A stretch of 64,000 nucleotides of DNA from the human T2T-CHM13v2.0 reference genome, Homo sapiens (GCF_009914755.1 NC_060937.1); one strand, 5' to 3'; shown: positions 48,283 to 64,000, counted from the first letter of the stretch. The notes: generated from the sequence alone by a model not told the origin. Made by a program: numbers and translations.

Positions 48283-49075
48283 ACCAGGCATGGTAATCCT
48301 GTTATCCCAGCACTTTGGGAACCAAGGTGAGAGGATTGCTTGAGGTCAGAATTTTGAGACCAGCCTGGGAAACATAGTGAGATCCCATCTCTACAAATAA
48401 TAATAATAATCAAAATTTTAAAAAATTATCTGGGTGTTCTGGACTCCCCAAGGCTGGCGGCCTCCACTCAGGTTCTCCCGTCCTGGGATGAGGCTTCCCG
48501 TGGCCTGGACTTCTCCATTCACCTGTGGATTTGTGTGAAATGCGACCTCAGGAGGGTCAAGACCCCCACAGGGAGGCCACAGCGGGGCAGCTGGTGCCCC
48601 AGGTCCTCACCCAGACTGTGCTGGGTCCCCTCTGTTGTGGGTTTGGGGTTCGTGTCTCCTACCAGCCACTGCTTCCTCCTGAGCTCTCAGCCTCCCACCC
48701 CTCGTCTTCCTTCCTGCGGTGGCCCTGATGCATGGTGACCACTGCCCGGCTTGGCTCCTTACTCCAGTCATACCCTTGAGCATTCTCAAGCCACCCACAG
48801 TGGGAGATTCCAACTCATGTGGAGTTTTCAGTTGTTGCGGGAGGTTGGGTGTTTTCAAACATTAAAGACATTTTGAGTAAATAAATTTGCTTGATATAAA
48901 CCACCCCCTCAAAAAAAAAATTAGCTGGGTGTGATGGCACATGCCTGTAGGCCCAGCTACTTGGGAGGCGAGGCAGGAAAATAGCTTGAGCTCAGGAGTT
49001 CAAGGCTACAGTGAGCTATGATTGTGCCACTCCAGCCTGGGCAACAGAGTGAGGCCTTGTCAGGAAGGAAGGAAG
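48283..49075 (+). mobile_element. AluJ-like element split at its A-rich linker by a retrocopy
   Basis: Left arm 48283-48437; right arm resumes at 48915. Confidence 0.9.
48438..48920 (+). pseudogene. 5'-truncated retrocopy of an unidentified mRNA 3'UTR
   Basis: GC-rich non-repeat sequence, ATTAAA at 48861, AATAAA at 48880, polyA at 48911-48920. TSD aaaaaatta(t/g)ctgggtgt at 48420-48437 and 48915-48932. Confidence 0.85.
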
Positions 49076-49176
49076 GAAACAAAGAGAGAGAGAGAGGGAG
49101 AAAGGAAAAAGAAAAAGTCTTATTTTCCTTTTCTTAACCTGAAGACAGCATGTTATAGTCATCATTCTGCACCTTG

Positions 49177-49310
49177 CTTTTTTTTTTTTTTTTTTTTGAA
49201 ACAGGGGTCTTGCTATACTGCCCAGGCGGGTCTCAAATTCCTGGGCTCCAGCAGTCCACCCGCCTCAGCCTCCTGAGTAGCTGGAATTACAGGTCCGGGC
49301 CATGGCAGCC
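49177..49310 (-). mobile_element. FLAM-like Alu monomer
   Basis: PolyT plus an antisense left-arm-type monomer. Confidence 0.85.
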
Positions 49311-49589
49311 ATCTGCTTTTTGGAATTGTTATGGAAGGGCTCAACTGGGGAGTCTTTATCTGCACAAGCCTCCTTGCTGACAATGATAATCAGATGGAAA
49401 TACAGGCCTACGTGAAGGATTGAAAGAATATAAGTTTGGAAGAAAGAGCCCAGTTCAAAAGCAGTAGGAGTGGAAAGAAAGCCACATTTCCAGGGATATT
49501 AGGATCCTGGGTAAGAGAAATTCCTATTGTAATTAGGCTAAAATCTTCAACATAGTCAAACGAGGTATTTTCTATTCCTGGTAAGTCAA

Positions 49590-50200
49590 GTTTCACCCCT
49601 GTAGCCCCCTAAACAAGGAAAGGGTAGATGCTGCTGAGGGAAGAAGGAGGTGTGGGGTAAGGGGATACTGGCTCGGTGGAGAAAGTGTAGGCAGGCAGAG
49701 GCTTCTGCTCTACTCCCCTCAGGGTGACACGGAGGGACTGGGTTTGATTCCTAGGGGATCCCTCGGTAATCTTGTGGGGAAACAGGAAGGCACCTCATAT
49801 TCTCTGGGGGACTGCAGAGAGATACTTAGGTTAGCTGAGCTGCCTGGCAAGCCTCCTAGAAGGTTACAGCACTGGGTGTGGCAGGTCCTTGACCTGGAAG
49901 TCTTCTGGGCGGACCTTCTACAACAGAGCCCAGTGGGGATCAGCGCCATGCCTCAGGACTGCCATGGCATCAGAGGACTGATGTGGCTCCTCCACAGGAT
50001 GGGCTTCTGGGCCCAGGCTGAGCCGCCGAGCCCCCAGTGCCAACACTAGGCATGGGGTCAGGATAAAGACCTGGACTGTTAGACCCGAGCCCCCTGCTCT
50101 TCCCCGAACCCTTGATACACACGCCGAGGGGCCATCTTGGACAGGAGCCGAGGGAGGGACAACAAATCTGAAAAAGCCAGGATTTATCCGACGAGACAAA
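49590..50200. other. Unidentified GC-rich island, possibly a retroposed transcript fragment
   Basis: Sharp GC and CpG elevation against AT-rich flanks; no repeat motif recognised; no clear TSD or polyA. Confidence 0.4.
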
Positions 50201-52357
50201 TGACCTTAAACATATGTTTAAGTTAGTGGGTTAGGCCGAGTTTACATGTATTGCCAACAATGATGAGCAGGTGATTATAACAAGGAAAAAAAGCAATTTT
50301 TTGTTTACATATCTAACTGTAAGAAATACACATGCAACTCCACTGCACTACTATTTAAGTTTTTTTTAAAATAATATATGAGATTTTAGACTTCTCCCAA
50401 GACCAGAACATTCAAAGATGGCTAAAATAATTTTGCTCAAGGTCCAGAAAAGCTCTATTAAAATATGCAGGTCAGAGAAGAATTGAGCCAATAACAGATA
50501 TGTTTATTGGCCTCATATTTTAAAGGTGAAAATTAGGAAGGCTCTTAAAGAGTTATGAGGCCAGTGGTAGGACTTGTTTTAGAATTGCCACTCACGAGTT
50601 CTGGCTTTCTCTACTTAAGACTATTCTCTTTTTACATATCACTTTTGTGGTTTCTTTGGCATACTTTTGTATTTTAGTATGAAAGCATGGAAAAAGTTGT
50701 GTCATTAATAGAGCTTTGCAAGTAGCAATCACTATGGATCTCTCAACCCCCAGGGCCACTGGAGAATTGAGCAGCCTAAATCTCTGCAGTCTGGCTGGAG
50801 ACTTTGCTGCATTGCTGATGATACATGTTGATCAATAATTGTTTTCCAAAAAATAAAGTTTTGATTTGTGTACTATAAAAATCATTGTTCTTTTAAGGCT
50901 GAAAGAATCCCTGCTCCCAAAAAGGACATGATTCCTTGGTAGAAAAAAACTGATCCCTGAGAAAATTCACCTTCAGCATAGCTGGTTTCCTAGATACACG
51001 TTTTCCCTTTGAATGTGATAGCCACAGTGGCAAAGCTTCCAGACGAGGGTCCAGTTACCATTTCCATACCGCTGAAAAAAGTAATTGGATGTGCAGCATT
51101 CATATGCACACACAGCTTATTCTGTTAATTGAGGCATAAAACACGGTATGAAGAACTGACAAAAATTTTTTTCTTAGGCTCCTAAAATGTTTGTGAGGTC
51201 CAAAATTTATCAGCAATTGAGGTGTACCATGTAAAGAGTTGCCATACATTATTTGATCACAAAATCATGTGGTTCTTAGGTAAATGGCTTAATTGTATAG
51301 CATTTTTAAACTATGTGTAATTGTAAGACTTGGTGTTATATAATTTGGTTGCTGTTGCTCTTCATTAAAGACTTTTGATAGTAATATAAGCCTTGCGTAC
51401 TTGGTGATGCCAAAGGCTTATCCATTAGATGTAAGTGTTATTACAGCAATAAAACATGTCTGTATTCCTCCTGGTATAGATGTTATGCTCTTTTTAAAAA
51501 AAGAAAAAATGTTTAGAAGCTTTTTTTGTAAATAAAAGAAAATAAAAACCATTTAAAATAACATTTTTACTATAGGACAGATAATTCAGAGAAAAACAAT
51601 TATGAATTAAAACATTTCAAGTGAAGAAGTCAAGAATTTACTATTGAGAAAAAAAGAAAGCTTAACCAGATTGATTCAATGTATTACTATAATTGTTTGA
51701 TTCTGATATCATTCTTTCCATACAGGTAGTTTTATGTTTGGAGTTCTTTTGGGGAAGAGTTTATGCCTTATTTCTCAAATCTTCTAGCCCTGGGATCTTC
51801 TTTCACCTTAGATTCAATCTTTCCTGCCTTTTCTAAAAAGAAAAGCTTTCACACATGCTAAGACTGCATTTTCAATTTTTATCCTGGTAAAGCAAAGCAA
51901 AAATAAACAAACAAAATTTCAGCTATTTAAAATAAGTGAAATCTGCTCGGATGTTTTGAAAGTTAAGAAAATGTTAGGGGAAATTTCACATGGGTAGCAT
52001 TTCAGGGACTTCTCTTAGCTTTTCAGTTTTCACAATGGATGTCTCTTTTTCAGTCTACCTTTGGAGGCATTTGGGTGGAAATAGGGAGAAACTGAGTTAC
52101 TTGTCAAAATTATTCCATGCAAGAAAATGTGGTGTTTTGGGGTCTCAGTATTAACCATTTGGGCAGAGACCCACTAATTGTACAAGGAAATGGATGAAGT
52201 ACTTGCCAATAGTCTTTGTGTGAGGCTGATTCATATTATGATAAATATTTACTGAGTGCCCATTATTTGCCAGGCACTGGGAATTCTGATGGGATTTTAC
52301 TCAGAATCATTCATGTTTAGTTCACATTTGATGAATCAGAAAGCAGGCTTTAAACCA

Positions 52358-52901
52358 TATGATGGTTAATATTGAGTGTCAACTTGATTGTATTGAAGGA
52401 TGCAAAGTACTGTTCCTGGGTGTGTCTGTGAGGGTGTTGCCAAAGGAGATCAACATCTGAATCAGTGGACTGGGGAAGGCAGACCCACCCTCAATCTGGG
52501 TGGGCACAATCTAATCAGCTCCCAGCACAGCCAGACTAAAAGCAATCAGAAGAACGTGGAAAGACTAGACTGGCTAAGTCTCCTGGCCTACATCTTTCTC
52601 CCATGCTGGATGCTTCCTGCCCTCATACATCGGACTCCAAATTCTTCAGGTTTTGGACTCTTGAACTTTCACCAGTGATTTGCCAGGGGCTCTTGGGACT
52701 TCAGCCACAGACTAAAGTCTGTACTATTCACTTGCCTAATTTTGAGGTTTTGGGACTTGGATTGGCTTTCTGGCTCCTCAGCTTGCAGACGGCCTATTTA
52801 GGGACCTCCCCTTGTGATGGTGTGAGTCAATTCTCCTAATAAATGCCCCTTCGTATATACATCTATCCTATTAGTCCTGTCCTCCTAGAGAACCTAATAC
52901 A
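52358..52901 (+). mobile_element. MLT2A (HERV-L) solo LTR
   Basis: tgatggttaatattgagtgtcaacttgatt start, gagaacctaataca end; 5-bp TSD aacca at 52353-52357 and 52902-52906. Confidence 0.93.
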
Positions 52902-53101
52902 AACCAGAATCATCAATTCTCTTCTAATCTTTGGGGAAAAGAAATCTGTCTTATTTTTAAAAGTATAGCTAGTAAAACAAATTTTCATCTCTTTTTTTAG
53001 TTCACACAGTCAGCAGGATGATAGTGGGAAAGGCATTTACTTACTGTGGACCCTGAGTTTCTCATCTAAAATTAGGGAATTAATTAGAACAAAAGATTTC
53101 G

Positions 53102-53279
53102 AAGTGGTTCTCAAACTGTCATGTGCATTGGAGTCACCTGGAGGGTTTGTTGAAATGCTAATTTCTGGACCCCACCCCCAGATTTTCTGATTCAGTAGGT
53201 CTAGGGTGGGGCTGAGAATTTGTTTTTCTAACAGGTTCCCAGGTGATGCCCATCTGGGATCACACTTTGAAAACCACTG
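53102..53279. mobile_element. MER5A hAT-Charlie MITE
   Basis: TIRs agtggttctcaaa / tttgaaaaccactg; gattttctgattcagtaggtctagggtgggg core. Confidence 0.9.
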
Positions 53280-53776
53280 GCTTAGGGTACTTTGATCTAC
53301 CCATAACTCCTGACCTTCAGTGTTTAACGATATATGATCTTTTCCATTAAACTTTCTCAAAAGATTTTTCTTATGATAATTTCATCTAAGACTGTGCAGA
53401 CTAGCACCTAGAACATTTATTCAGTAATCCCTCATCCCAGTGTAGATTTCCAAAATTTGGACACTGTGAGAGTTAAGAGCAATTCCTTTATATCCAAGAA
53501 TGCATGAAAGTGATCTTCATTTCTGGATTCATGCCTTATTTATTTACACGTAAGTGATAACCAGCTCTGCTCTGCTGAAACTTTCAGCTGCTTTCACTCC
53601 CCCCTTTTCTTCCTGGCAGATCTTGAGTCTTTGCAGGGAGGAAAAGGAGAATACCTTCTTGGCATGTAAAGTCAGGCACAAACATTGATGAGTGGAAGTG
53701 TAAATAAAGTTGTGGTCAAGTTGTTGAGCTTTTCTATAATCAAGCAGGTTCTGAAAAATCTGTGGGATCTATATAA

Positions 53777-54125
<349 letters not shown>

Positions 54126-54853
54126 TAAAATGAACTCTGACACATGCCACAGATAAGAAGAAATTGGAGGAATCAATGTGACCAGGTCAATGTCCTTTGG
54201 CTTCTTGTTTTTTTTTTCCCATCTAATTTTCATCCTTATGTAAATTTTTCCCATATCAAGCCACAATCTCCTTGATCCAAATCTTGCATGAAAGTCTTTG
54301 GCTCTCCCCATTGGTGGCCCAAAAGGATCTTGAACCCTGGGCAAATGGCAATGACCTGCTCTTGGCCACCTGGATCAGGTCAAGTTGGGCTTAGACTTTG
54401 GATGAGGTACAAGCAGTGGGGCCTGCTCATACCTCCAACACATCCAAAGTTGCTGTGGGTCTTCTGGTCAGCCCATATCTGGCTACATCTGTCATGTTCA
54501 ATTTTGTACTATTCTAAGTTTTCATTAAGGTACATATTTATCAACAACAACAACATACATGATACTGATATTTGCTTCTCATTTTACTCTTTTGCATTTA
54601 AATGGTGGTAGGAAAATGGTCTTCCCTTAGGGTGATAGGCTCATAAGATTAGAAATAATCTATTCTGGGATTTTCAACCTTATTCAAGAGCATCACAGTT
54701 CAGAGGGTGCCTTTGGGGCCACCCGGGATGGAAGTACGGAGCTGGTTAAACAGATCCCCTCAATTAGCTTGGCTTTCATCTTTTTTATATATTAGGGTTC
54801 TACATAGGATTTTGCTTAAAAGACATTTAGCAGCTTTAAAAAGTGCAGTTTGA

Positions 54854-55142
54854 GGCCAGGCTCACACCTGTAATCCCACCATTTTAGGAGACCAAGCTGG
54901 GAGGATCATTTGAGGCCAAGAGTTTGAAACCAGCCTGGGCAGCATAGCAAGACCCCATCTCTACAAAAAATTTTCAAAAAAATGAGGCGTGGTGGCACAC
55001 ACCTTTAGTCCTAGCTACTCGGGAGGCTGAGGTGGGAAGATCACTTGAGCCCAGGAGTTCAAGGCCGCAGTAAGCTATAATGGTGCCACTGTGCTCCAGC
55101 CTGGGCAACAGAGTGAGATCTTGTCTCTAAAAAAAAAAAAAA
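54854..55142 (+). mobile_element. AluJ-like element
   Basis: Sense Alu with polyA. Confidence 0.94.
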
Positions 55143-55344
55143 TACTCCTGTTTGAAAACCAATTTAATCTAACCCCCCATTGTGCAATTGAGAAAACTGA
55201 GACTTGGATATTAGTCTAAAGTCATGCAGTTAGAATTAGCTGGGTGGAAGGTGTGGTCTCTACAAGTTCAGGTAATTTGTTTTTCACATGTCTGTCTGCA
55301 GGCCCCAGGTGGTGACTAACATTCATTTTTAATGCTCACATTAT

Positions 55345-56165
<821 letters not shown>

Positions 56166-56339
56166 TTATTGTAGTTTCTTTATTTTCATTTTCTCTTCTA
56201 AGGCACCCTATTCTTGTTCCTGGAAGCAGGTTGCCTATAGGATTGAATCCATGGGGGTGGGAACACATAAGGATGACAGCTAAATAACTACACTCAAGGC
56301 CTTCTTTTCAATTCTCCAGGGCCCACTGTTGGTCCCTTT

Positions 56340-56505
56340 AGCAATCAGCTTGGTACTGACCTTGAATCAGTCACTTGATCTCCCTGTCCCTCAATTTCCT
56401 CAGCTATAAAGTAGGCTTGATGACTGCCTGCTACCTATCCCACAGGGAATAACGAGTTAATGCTCATTAAAAGCTTTCAGCTTCTCAGATGTTAGGCACC
56501 ATATA
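56340..56505 (+). mobile_element. Ancient MIR/CORE-SINE remnant
   Basis: tgaccttgaatcagtcacttgatctccctgtccctcaatttcctcagctataaa. Confidence 0.7.
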
Positions 56506-57099
56506 TTGTAGATAAGTACAACGTAGCAATCTAATAAGCATCCTCTGGGAGTTCAGTTTGTTTTTCCTAATTATCTTTTTTAAAAATGACAAACCTCAGC
56601 AAATTTTCCCAGGCATGTGGGGTGCACCCTTTCTCATTCCAGAACATGCCTTACTCTTGGGCATAGTGGGGGTATGCTCTCAGGGCTACCTGAAAGGGGT
56701 CTTTTCTCTGCTTGCCCCAGCACATTACCTGCTCATCAATTCTAGAATCAATGTAGGGTGTTAAAGATGACTGAGCAGCCACCATTTGCCAAATGTAAGA
56801 CAATTGGGTCTACGATCTCATTAGATTCTTAAGGCAGCCATGTGATACAGATGTTACTCCAATCTGAATATGAAGCCATGGAAGCCCAGTGGGATAATGT
56901 GACTCGTGCAAAGTTCCAAAGCCAGGAACAAGAGGAGGTAGGACTCAGTCCTGCTTGTGTAACATCTTTGCAGTCTGTGCTGCTTCACTTTCAGAATGGA
57001 CTGGTGGCATTCCTGAGAAGGTTTTGAGTGGTCATATTGGACTCTGTGCATCTGAAAGGTCTTGGGAGAACAGTAAGATGGAATGGAAGAAGCAAACAT

Positions 57100-57873
<774 letters not shown>

Positions 57874-58301
57874 ATAAACCTTCCTACATTTTGTAAGTTG
57901 GCCTGTGGACTCTTCCACTGGACTCTTCATGTCACAGTTAATTATGGAATGAGAAAATATTCTGAACTGTTTAGATTATCAGAAATTGAAATTTTTATGA
58001 AAAAGAAAAATCCCTTCCCATGAGCAGCCTTTAGCCACCTGGCTATGATGATTCTCAAGAAACAAAAATGTCAGTGGAAAAGAAAAAGTTTATAAAGGAA
58101 TAGAATGATATATATAAGTAAGTATAACTACTATAGTAAGTATACTACCCTTAAGTAGGTATAATTACTAAATTTCTTTTTAAAGAAATAGACTAGAAGG
58201 CATAGGTTTGATGCCCAGGGAAGTGAAAAGATTGCTAGTGTTTGAAACAGTTTATTTAACGAAAAAGAAGAAAGAGCTGGAAACAAATAATAAATAAATT
58301 G

Positions 58302-58656
<355 letters not shown>

Positions 58657-59518
58657 TTACCAAGACTAGTCTTCTGGTGAATGCATCTGGAAATTCAGGG
58701 TCAAGAGGATTTTTCTCTCTGGGTTGAGTACAGGGATTAATGGAAGGCAAAGATGATATCATTTATCAAAGTAATATAGATTAGGTGTGGGAGATTTTTG
58801 ACTGATGTCCGCTTGTGTTACTTTTTATTAATTGGTTCATCTTACACTTCACTGCTGAAGCTTATACAGAGGGTGGTGGTCAAAGTTTGGCTAAAAAGAG
58901 CCTAATTTTCAGGTTGAGGGGTGGATAGTCAGCCATTTTTCATTCAGTTGGGCAGAAAGAGCAGAGGATAGATGACCCAAAGTCCTGATTTCTATTTCAA
59001 ATTCTCCATCAACTAGCTTATGACCTTGCATAAGATCACCCAATATCCACAAGTCTCAGTTTTCTCTTCTGTTTTATGAAAGTACCAAGCAACATGATGT
59101 GTAGAACACCTGTATGTACTATGAATAAAATACCCCTTTTCCAGTTAAATAAAGAAGCCAAACATGATAACGGTGTTTCAAGATGTACAGAGATTGGGGT
59201 AGGGGCCAACTCAAAGGACGTAGGTAAATGTACTGTTTATTCGGAGCAGAATTAATGATTTAAGATGAGGTTTCATGAAAGCCTAAGTACATAAGTCAAA
59301 TGAATTCTATCAATTAACTTGATGATATCCCAAATTCATTGCTGTACACGCAGGTCCAAATGATCATATCCCCCTGATATTCTGCATTAGAAGAAACTGA
59401 CACAAAGCCTTAAAATGATAGTCTTAAGAAAACAGATTAATGCATTAATATTTTATAGCAAAATCTCTAATCTAAAGAAAAAATGCTTTCCAAAAGTAAT
59501 GACAATGGAATGAGACCA

Positions 59519-59963
59519 TGTGATGGTTAATATTGAGTGCCAACTTGATTGAATTGAAGGATGTAAAGTATTGATCCTGGGTGTGTCTGTGATGGTGTCG
59601 CCAAAGGAGATTAGCATTTGAGCCAGTGGGCCAGGAAAGGCAGACCCACCCTTAATCTGAGTGGGCACAATCTAATCAGCTACCAGCATGGCCAGAATAT
59701 AAAGCAGGCAGAAAAATGTGTAAAGGCTAGACTTGTTTAGCCTCCCAGGCTACATCTTTCTCCCATGCTGGATGCTTCCTGCCCTCGAACATCGGACTCC
59801 AAGTTCTTCAGCTTTGGGACTCAGACTGGCTTCCTTGCTCTTCCATTTGCAGATGGCCTATTGTGGGACCTTGTGATTGTATGAGTTAATACTACTTAAT
59901 AAACTCCCTTTTACATATATCTATCCTATAGTTCTGTCCCTCTAGAGAACCCTGACTAATACA
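59519..59963 (+). mobile_element. MLT2A (HERV-L) solo LTR
   Basis: tgtgatggttaatattgagtg...ctagagaaccctgactaataca; TSD gacca at 59514-59518 and 59964-59968. Confidence 0.95.
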
Positions 59964-61385
59964 GACCAGTGAAGTTAGTAAAAGGAAATGAGATCACCTT
60001 TATAGTCTTCTCTGCATACATACCTGCACATAAAAATGTCAAAATGTCTTGTTTTTGGTAGATGCTCAAAAAAAGTTGGTTGGATGAATAAAAACTTTCC
60101 TCTTGTATTACACCAATTGTTTCCCTTCCTCTTCCATTTTTACTTTGTTTTTATAAAATATTATATTTTTAATAAAATGTTTTTATATTTTATATTTTTA
60201 CTTTGATTTTCTAGGGTTTTGTTTTGTTTTGTGTTTTAGATTTGGGGGCAGCACCATAAAAAACTGATCACCCAGGCACCTCCTTGCTCCTTCCCTGGCA
60301 GTCCCTAAAGTGATCCATTTAGGCTAAAGTTTTGATGAAACCATGAAACTCACCATTAAAGATTCCTAAGACTTCATTCTCAAAATGATAGTATGCTCAT
60401 TCATTTCAAATGCAAACTAACAAAAAATACCCAATCCAAGTTTTCCCACAAGTTAAGCCAACATCAAAAATTATTTTTCTGTGCCAAATTTTTAGTACAT
60501 TAAAAGTTATGAGTATCTGTAGGTTGAATTTGGGCCAGTAAGGAGAGTTTCATTTCCTTGACAGGACTAAATTTTTATGGGGAACTCTCATAATCAGGAT
60601 TTCTTTAGCAATCACATCTAACACAATTTCTGAATTCCATAGAACTAACCGACTACCATTGTCTATATCAGTTTATAGTCTCCTGGCAGTCACAGGCCAT
60701 TTAACCTAATGGATAGCAGAGTTTGCAGCTGAAATTGGGTGGGAGAGCTAGAGCTTGTAACTTATCCTTTTTGGGCCATCCTGTCTTAAAACTGTTTCAG
60801 TCCATTTTCTGGACACTGTGAATATTCAGCTTACAAGAATGTCAGTCATAATTGATATTTGTAAAAAGAGCTTTCAGATCCATGGATGAAAGGCATGAGA
60901 TAAATACAGAGTATTATTATTATTAATCATGATTGTTGTTATTATTACAATTGCTGGCTATTATTATAGTTTTATTAGAACCTCTCTAAAGGTCATGTTG
61001 ATGATCTTGACGTTTCTTAAGAACAGGATTCTTAGCTCCTTTATCCGTCCTAGTTTATCCATTGCTTCGTTTTAACTGTTAAGGATTTAAGCCAATTGAA
61101 TTATTAGAGCTTAGTGAGAATAGCTCCAGCAGAGTTGGAGGGTAAATCATATCAGCTTTGGTGAACAAGGTGCAAGATAATGCTCAAAAAAAGTGAAGAG
61201 CTCTCTTTATGTTATGCCTCTCCTATCACTATTCTGAGACAAGATTTTCACTCTATGGAAATCAATTATCTTATAAGGAGGATAATTTAGCATTAATCAC
61301 CCTGTTGACAGTTTATAGGCTTTGATTCTAAGTTCTCTATTTATATCTCCAATTCAATGAACTCTTTCTTGATGCAAATTATCCA

Positions 61386-61612
61386 TTTTTCCAAGTTTTT
61401 GTATTTTTATATTATTTATCAGTCTATAGAATGACAAATAGTATACTCTTTGTATACTATTTTATATTATTTATCAGTCTATAGAATGACAAACAGTATA
61501 CTATTTGTATACTATTTTTATATTATTTATCAGTCTATAGAATGACAAATAGTGTACCATTTGTCATTCTATAGACTGATAAATAATATAAAAATACAAA
61601 AACATGGAAAAA
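61386..61612. repeat. Three tandem ~55-bp units followed by an inverted copy
   Basis: Core tatattatttatcagtctatagaatgacaaa occurs three times, then its reverse complement. Confidence 0.95.
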
Positions 61613-61619
61613 CGTAATG

Positions 61620-62350
61620 TCCACCCTCAATAGTGCCCAGCCTCATTGGAAAGAAGACAAGTAAGTCGACAACTAGAATACCTTATAATAAGTACTGTGA
61701 TGGAAATATGCATAGCACTCTCATGGAACTCAGGGGAGAAGTCACCAGACTGTGGAGCAGGAATGCCTGGGTAAGGATGCAGCAGGAAGCAAGAAGGAGT
61801 AGGAAGAGGTTCTCAGAGCAGGTGGACCGAGTAATGAAAGATGTGTAAAAGTCAGCTAGGGAAAAAAGAATAAGTTTTATGATGTATTTTAAGAAATTTG
61901 ATGTGCTTGGAGAGTAATGAGACTTAGGAGAAGTGTTAGGAAATTAGACTGGTCAAGGGATATGGGCCAGAACACAAGAGCCTTGGATGTCATGCCTAGG
62001 AGCTTGAATTTTATCCTGAAGGTAATAAAAATCATTAAATTATTTCAAGTAGTGATTTAGACAACACCATTTGAGAAAGATCATTTCTACTGTAGACTGA
62101 AGGATGTTTAAAGAGGGCGAGGATGGAGAAAGATAGATCTCTGGGGGAGAAAAATCAACAGAGGTTGGTGATTAATTGGATACAGAAGGCATGAGAAAGG
62201 ACCTATGGGAACTACCAGATTTCTGGCTTCCATTAGCCCCTGTAGATGATGGTACCACCCACCGAAATGGGGAATACAAGAAAAGGCACTTTTTTTTTCA
62301 GAAAAGATGATAAATCCTGTTTTTTTAGATGTTGATTTGAGGTGATTATG
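61620..62350 (-). mobile_element. L2 remnants
   Basis: Purine-rich degenerate L2-like motifs (ccatttgagaaagatcatt; gatggtaccaccc..gaaatgggga). Confidence 0.55.
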
Positions 62351-62884
62351 TGATAAATGTCTTCATACTTTATTTCCTCTACCCCCTGCAGTGAAGATGG
62401 TGAAAGAGAGAAAAGGAAGACACCTGTAGGCAACCCTATCGAGAAACAGAGACCACTTGACTTTTTTTTCACTGAAAAGATTAGTATTTAATGTTGAGTA
62501 GATACTGCTCTACTGTCTCTAAGATTTACCTTGACAACTCAGAGATAATACCAACAACCTTGAATTAAGGAAAGAAAGGGAACAGAATCAATATCCAAAT
62601 TTTCTCTAGGTCAATATAGAAATTCAGGCACTGGAAACATTTCACTACCAAGGCTGGGTGGCAGCTTCTGCACCTTGCATGCTCGTGCTGCGAGGGAATC
62701 CCACAGCAGGCCATGCAAAGGGCAATGGGAGATATAGGTTGCAAGTTTCAGCTCTATCATTGACTCTGTGTGATTTGAAATAAAGAAAACTGTCTTATAT
62801 GCAGCAAACTTAATGACCTTCTTTCACATCTAATAGTTATAGAGTCTTTTCAAAATATGAGTTCCACAGATGTTAACAGCATCC

Positions 62885-63105
62885 ACAGACTGAGTTCAAA
62901 CCCTGGCCCCACCACTTCTTAGCCACATGACTTGGGCAATCAATTGAACTTTTTGTATCTGGTTTCCTCATCTGGAAAAAGGGGATTAAAAACAGTAATT
63001 ACCCCATGTGATTGTTGTGAGAATTGAATTATTTGATATATATATAAGGTAGTTAGAACAGTGTCTGGCACATAATAAGTTGTATGTAAATGTTATCTAT
63101 GATTA
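62885..63105 (+). mobile_element. MIR SINE
   Basis: gagttcaaaccctggcccc..tgacttgggcaa..tttcctcatctggaaaa..agaacagtgtctggcacataataagt. Confidence 0.88.
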
Positions 63106-63185
63106 TTACCAACATCAATTGTTATTTCTCATGAGGAATATTAAGAACTTCACTATTAATTGGCTATTTAAAAATGTAATAGGTT

Positions 63186-63523
<338 letters not shown>

Positions 63524-64000
63524 TCAAATATGGTTTTAGCATTTGGTTGCTTCTTAAAACATAATAAAATTTTTATAAAAGCGCCAAAGAATTAATTATT
63601 TGTGCTCTGAAGTCTGTACCTTCCCCTGATATCAAATAGGTTTGCACCTGAGTATCTTGAGGGCAGAATGTGGGCTTCTGGGAAAAACTTGTTTCTGTCT
63701 AAAATGTATTCAAAAAAGGGAACTTTGGCAAAGTACCAGTGAAGGAGTGGTGGATGATTGTGACATGTGGGAAAGTTTATTTCCTCAGGAAAATATCCAG
63801 AGATATGGCAAAGGAAGAAAAATGAGTTTTGAAAAAAAAATTAAGGCCAAGGAAGATTTTCATTTAAGTTTTGGAGGCAGAGATTCATTTTCTTAAAATA
63901 TCTAATGGATTTAGAAGATGACACAAGCTTTAGGAAGGCAAAGATGAAGAATCAATGGAATGATGACCAATTCCTGTCCTAGCCCTCTGCTATTGTTTTC

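Noticed and set aside
61386-61612. CRISPR-like array
   Set aside because: Eukaryotic context, near-identical linkers rather than unique spacers, and no cas genes.

Overview
Repeat-dense primate (human-like) non-coding DNA, either intronic or intergenic. No intact protein-coding gene or RNA gene can be supported. The window holds about 24 Alu elements or fragments, young and old L1s, MaLR/ERVL/ERV1 solo LTRs, Tigger1, MER5, MIR and L2 remnants. It also holds two recognisable processed pseudogenes (BRD7 and RPL21, both minus strand), an unidentified 3'UTR-like retrocopy inside an Alu, and an unidentified GC-rich island. Almost all ORFs in the track come from repeats or microsatellites. Repeat subfamilies and parent-gene comparisons are from memory of consensus sequences, not alignments. 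The most interesting signals are mechanistic. (1) Two L1s about 0.9 kb apart form an inverted pair, have abutting breakpoints in L1 coordinates and share non-consensus variants. (2) The BRD7 retrocopy lacks an in-frame, exon-sized block of about 108 nt. (3) There are several locally templated insertions and de novo palindromes. I found no convincing new gene-encoded system.
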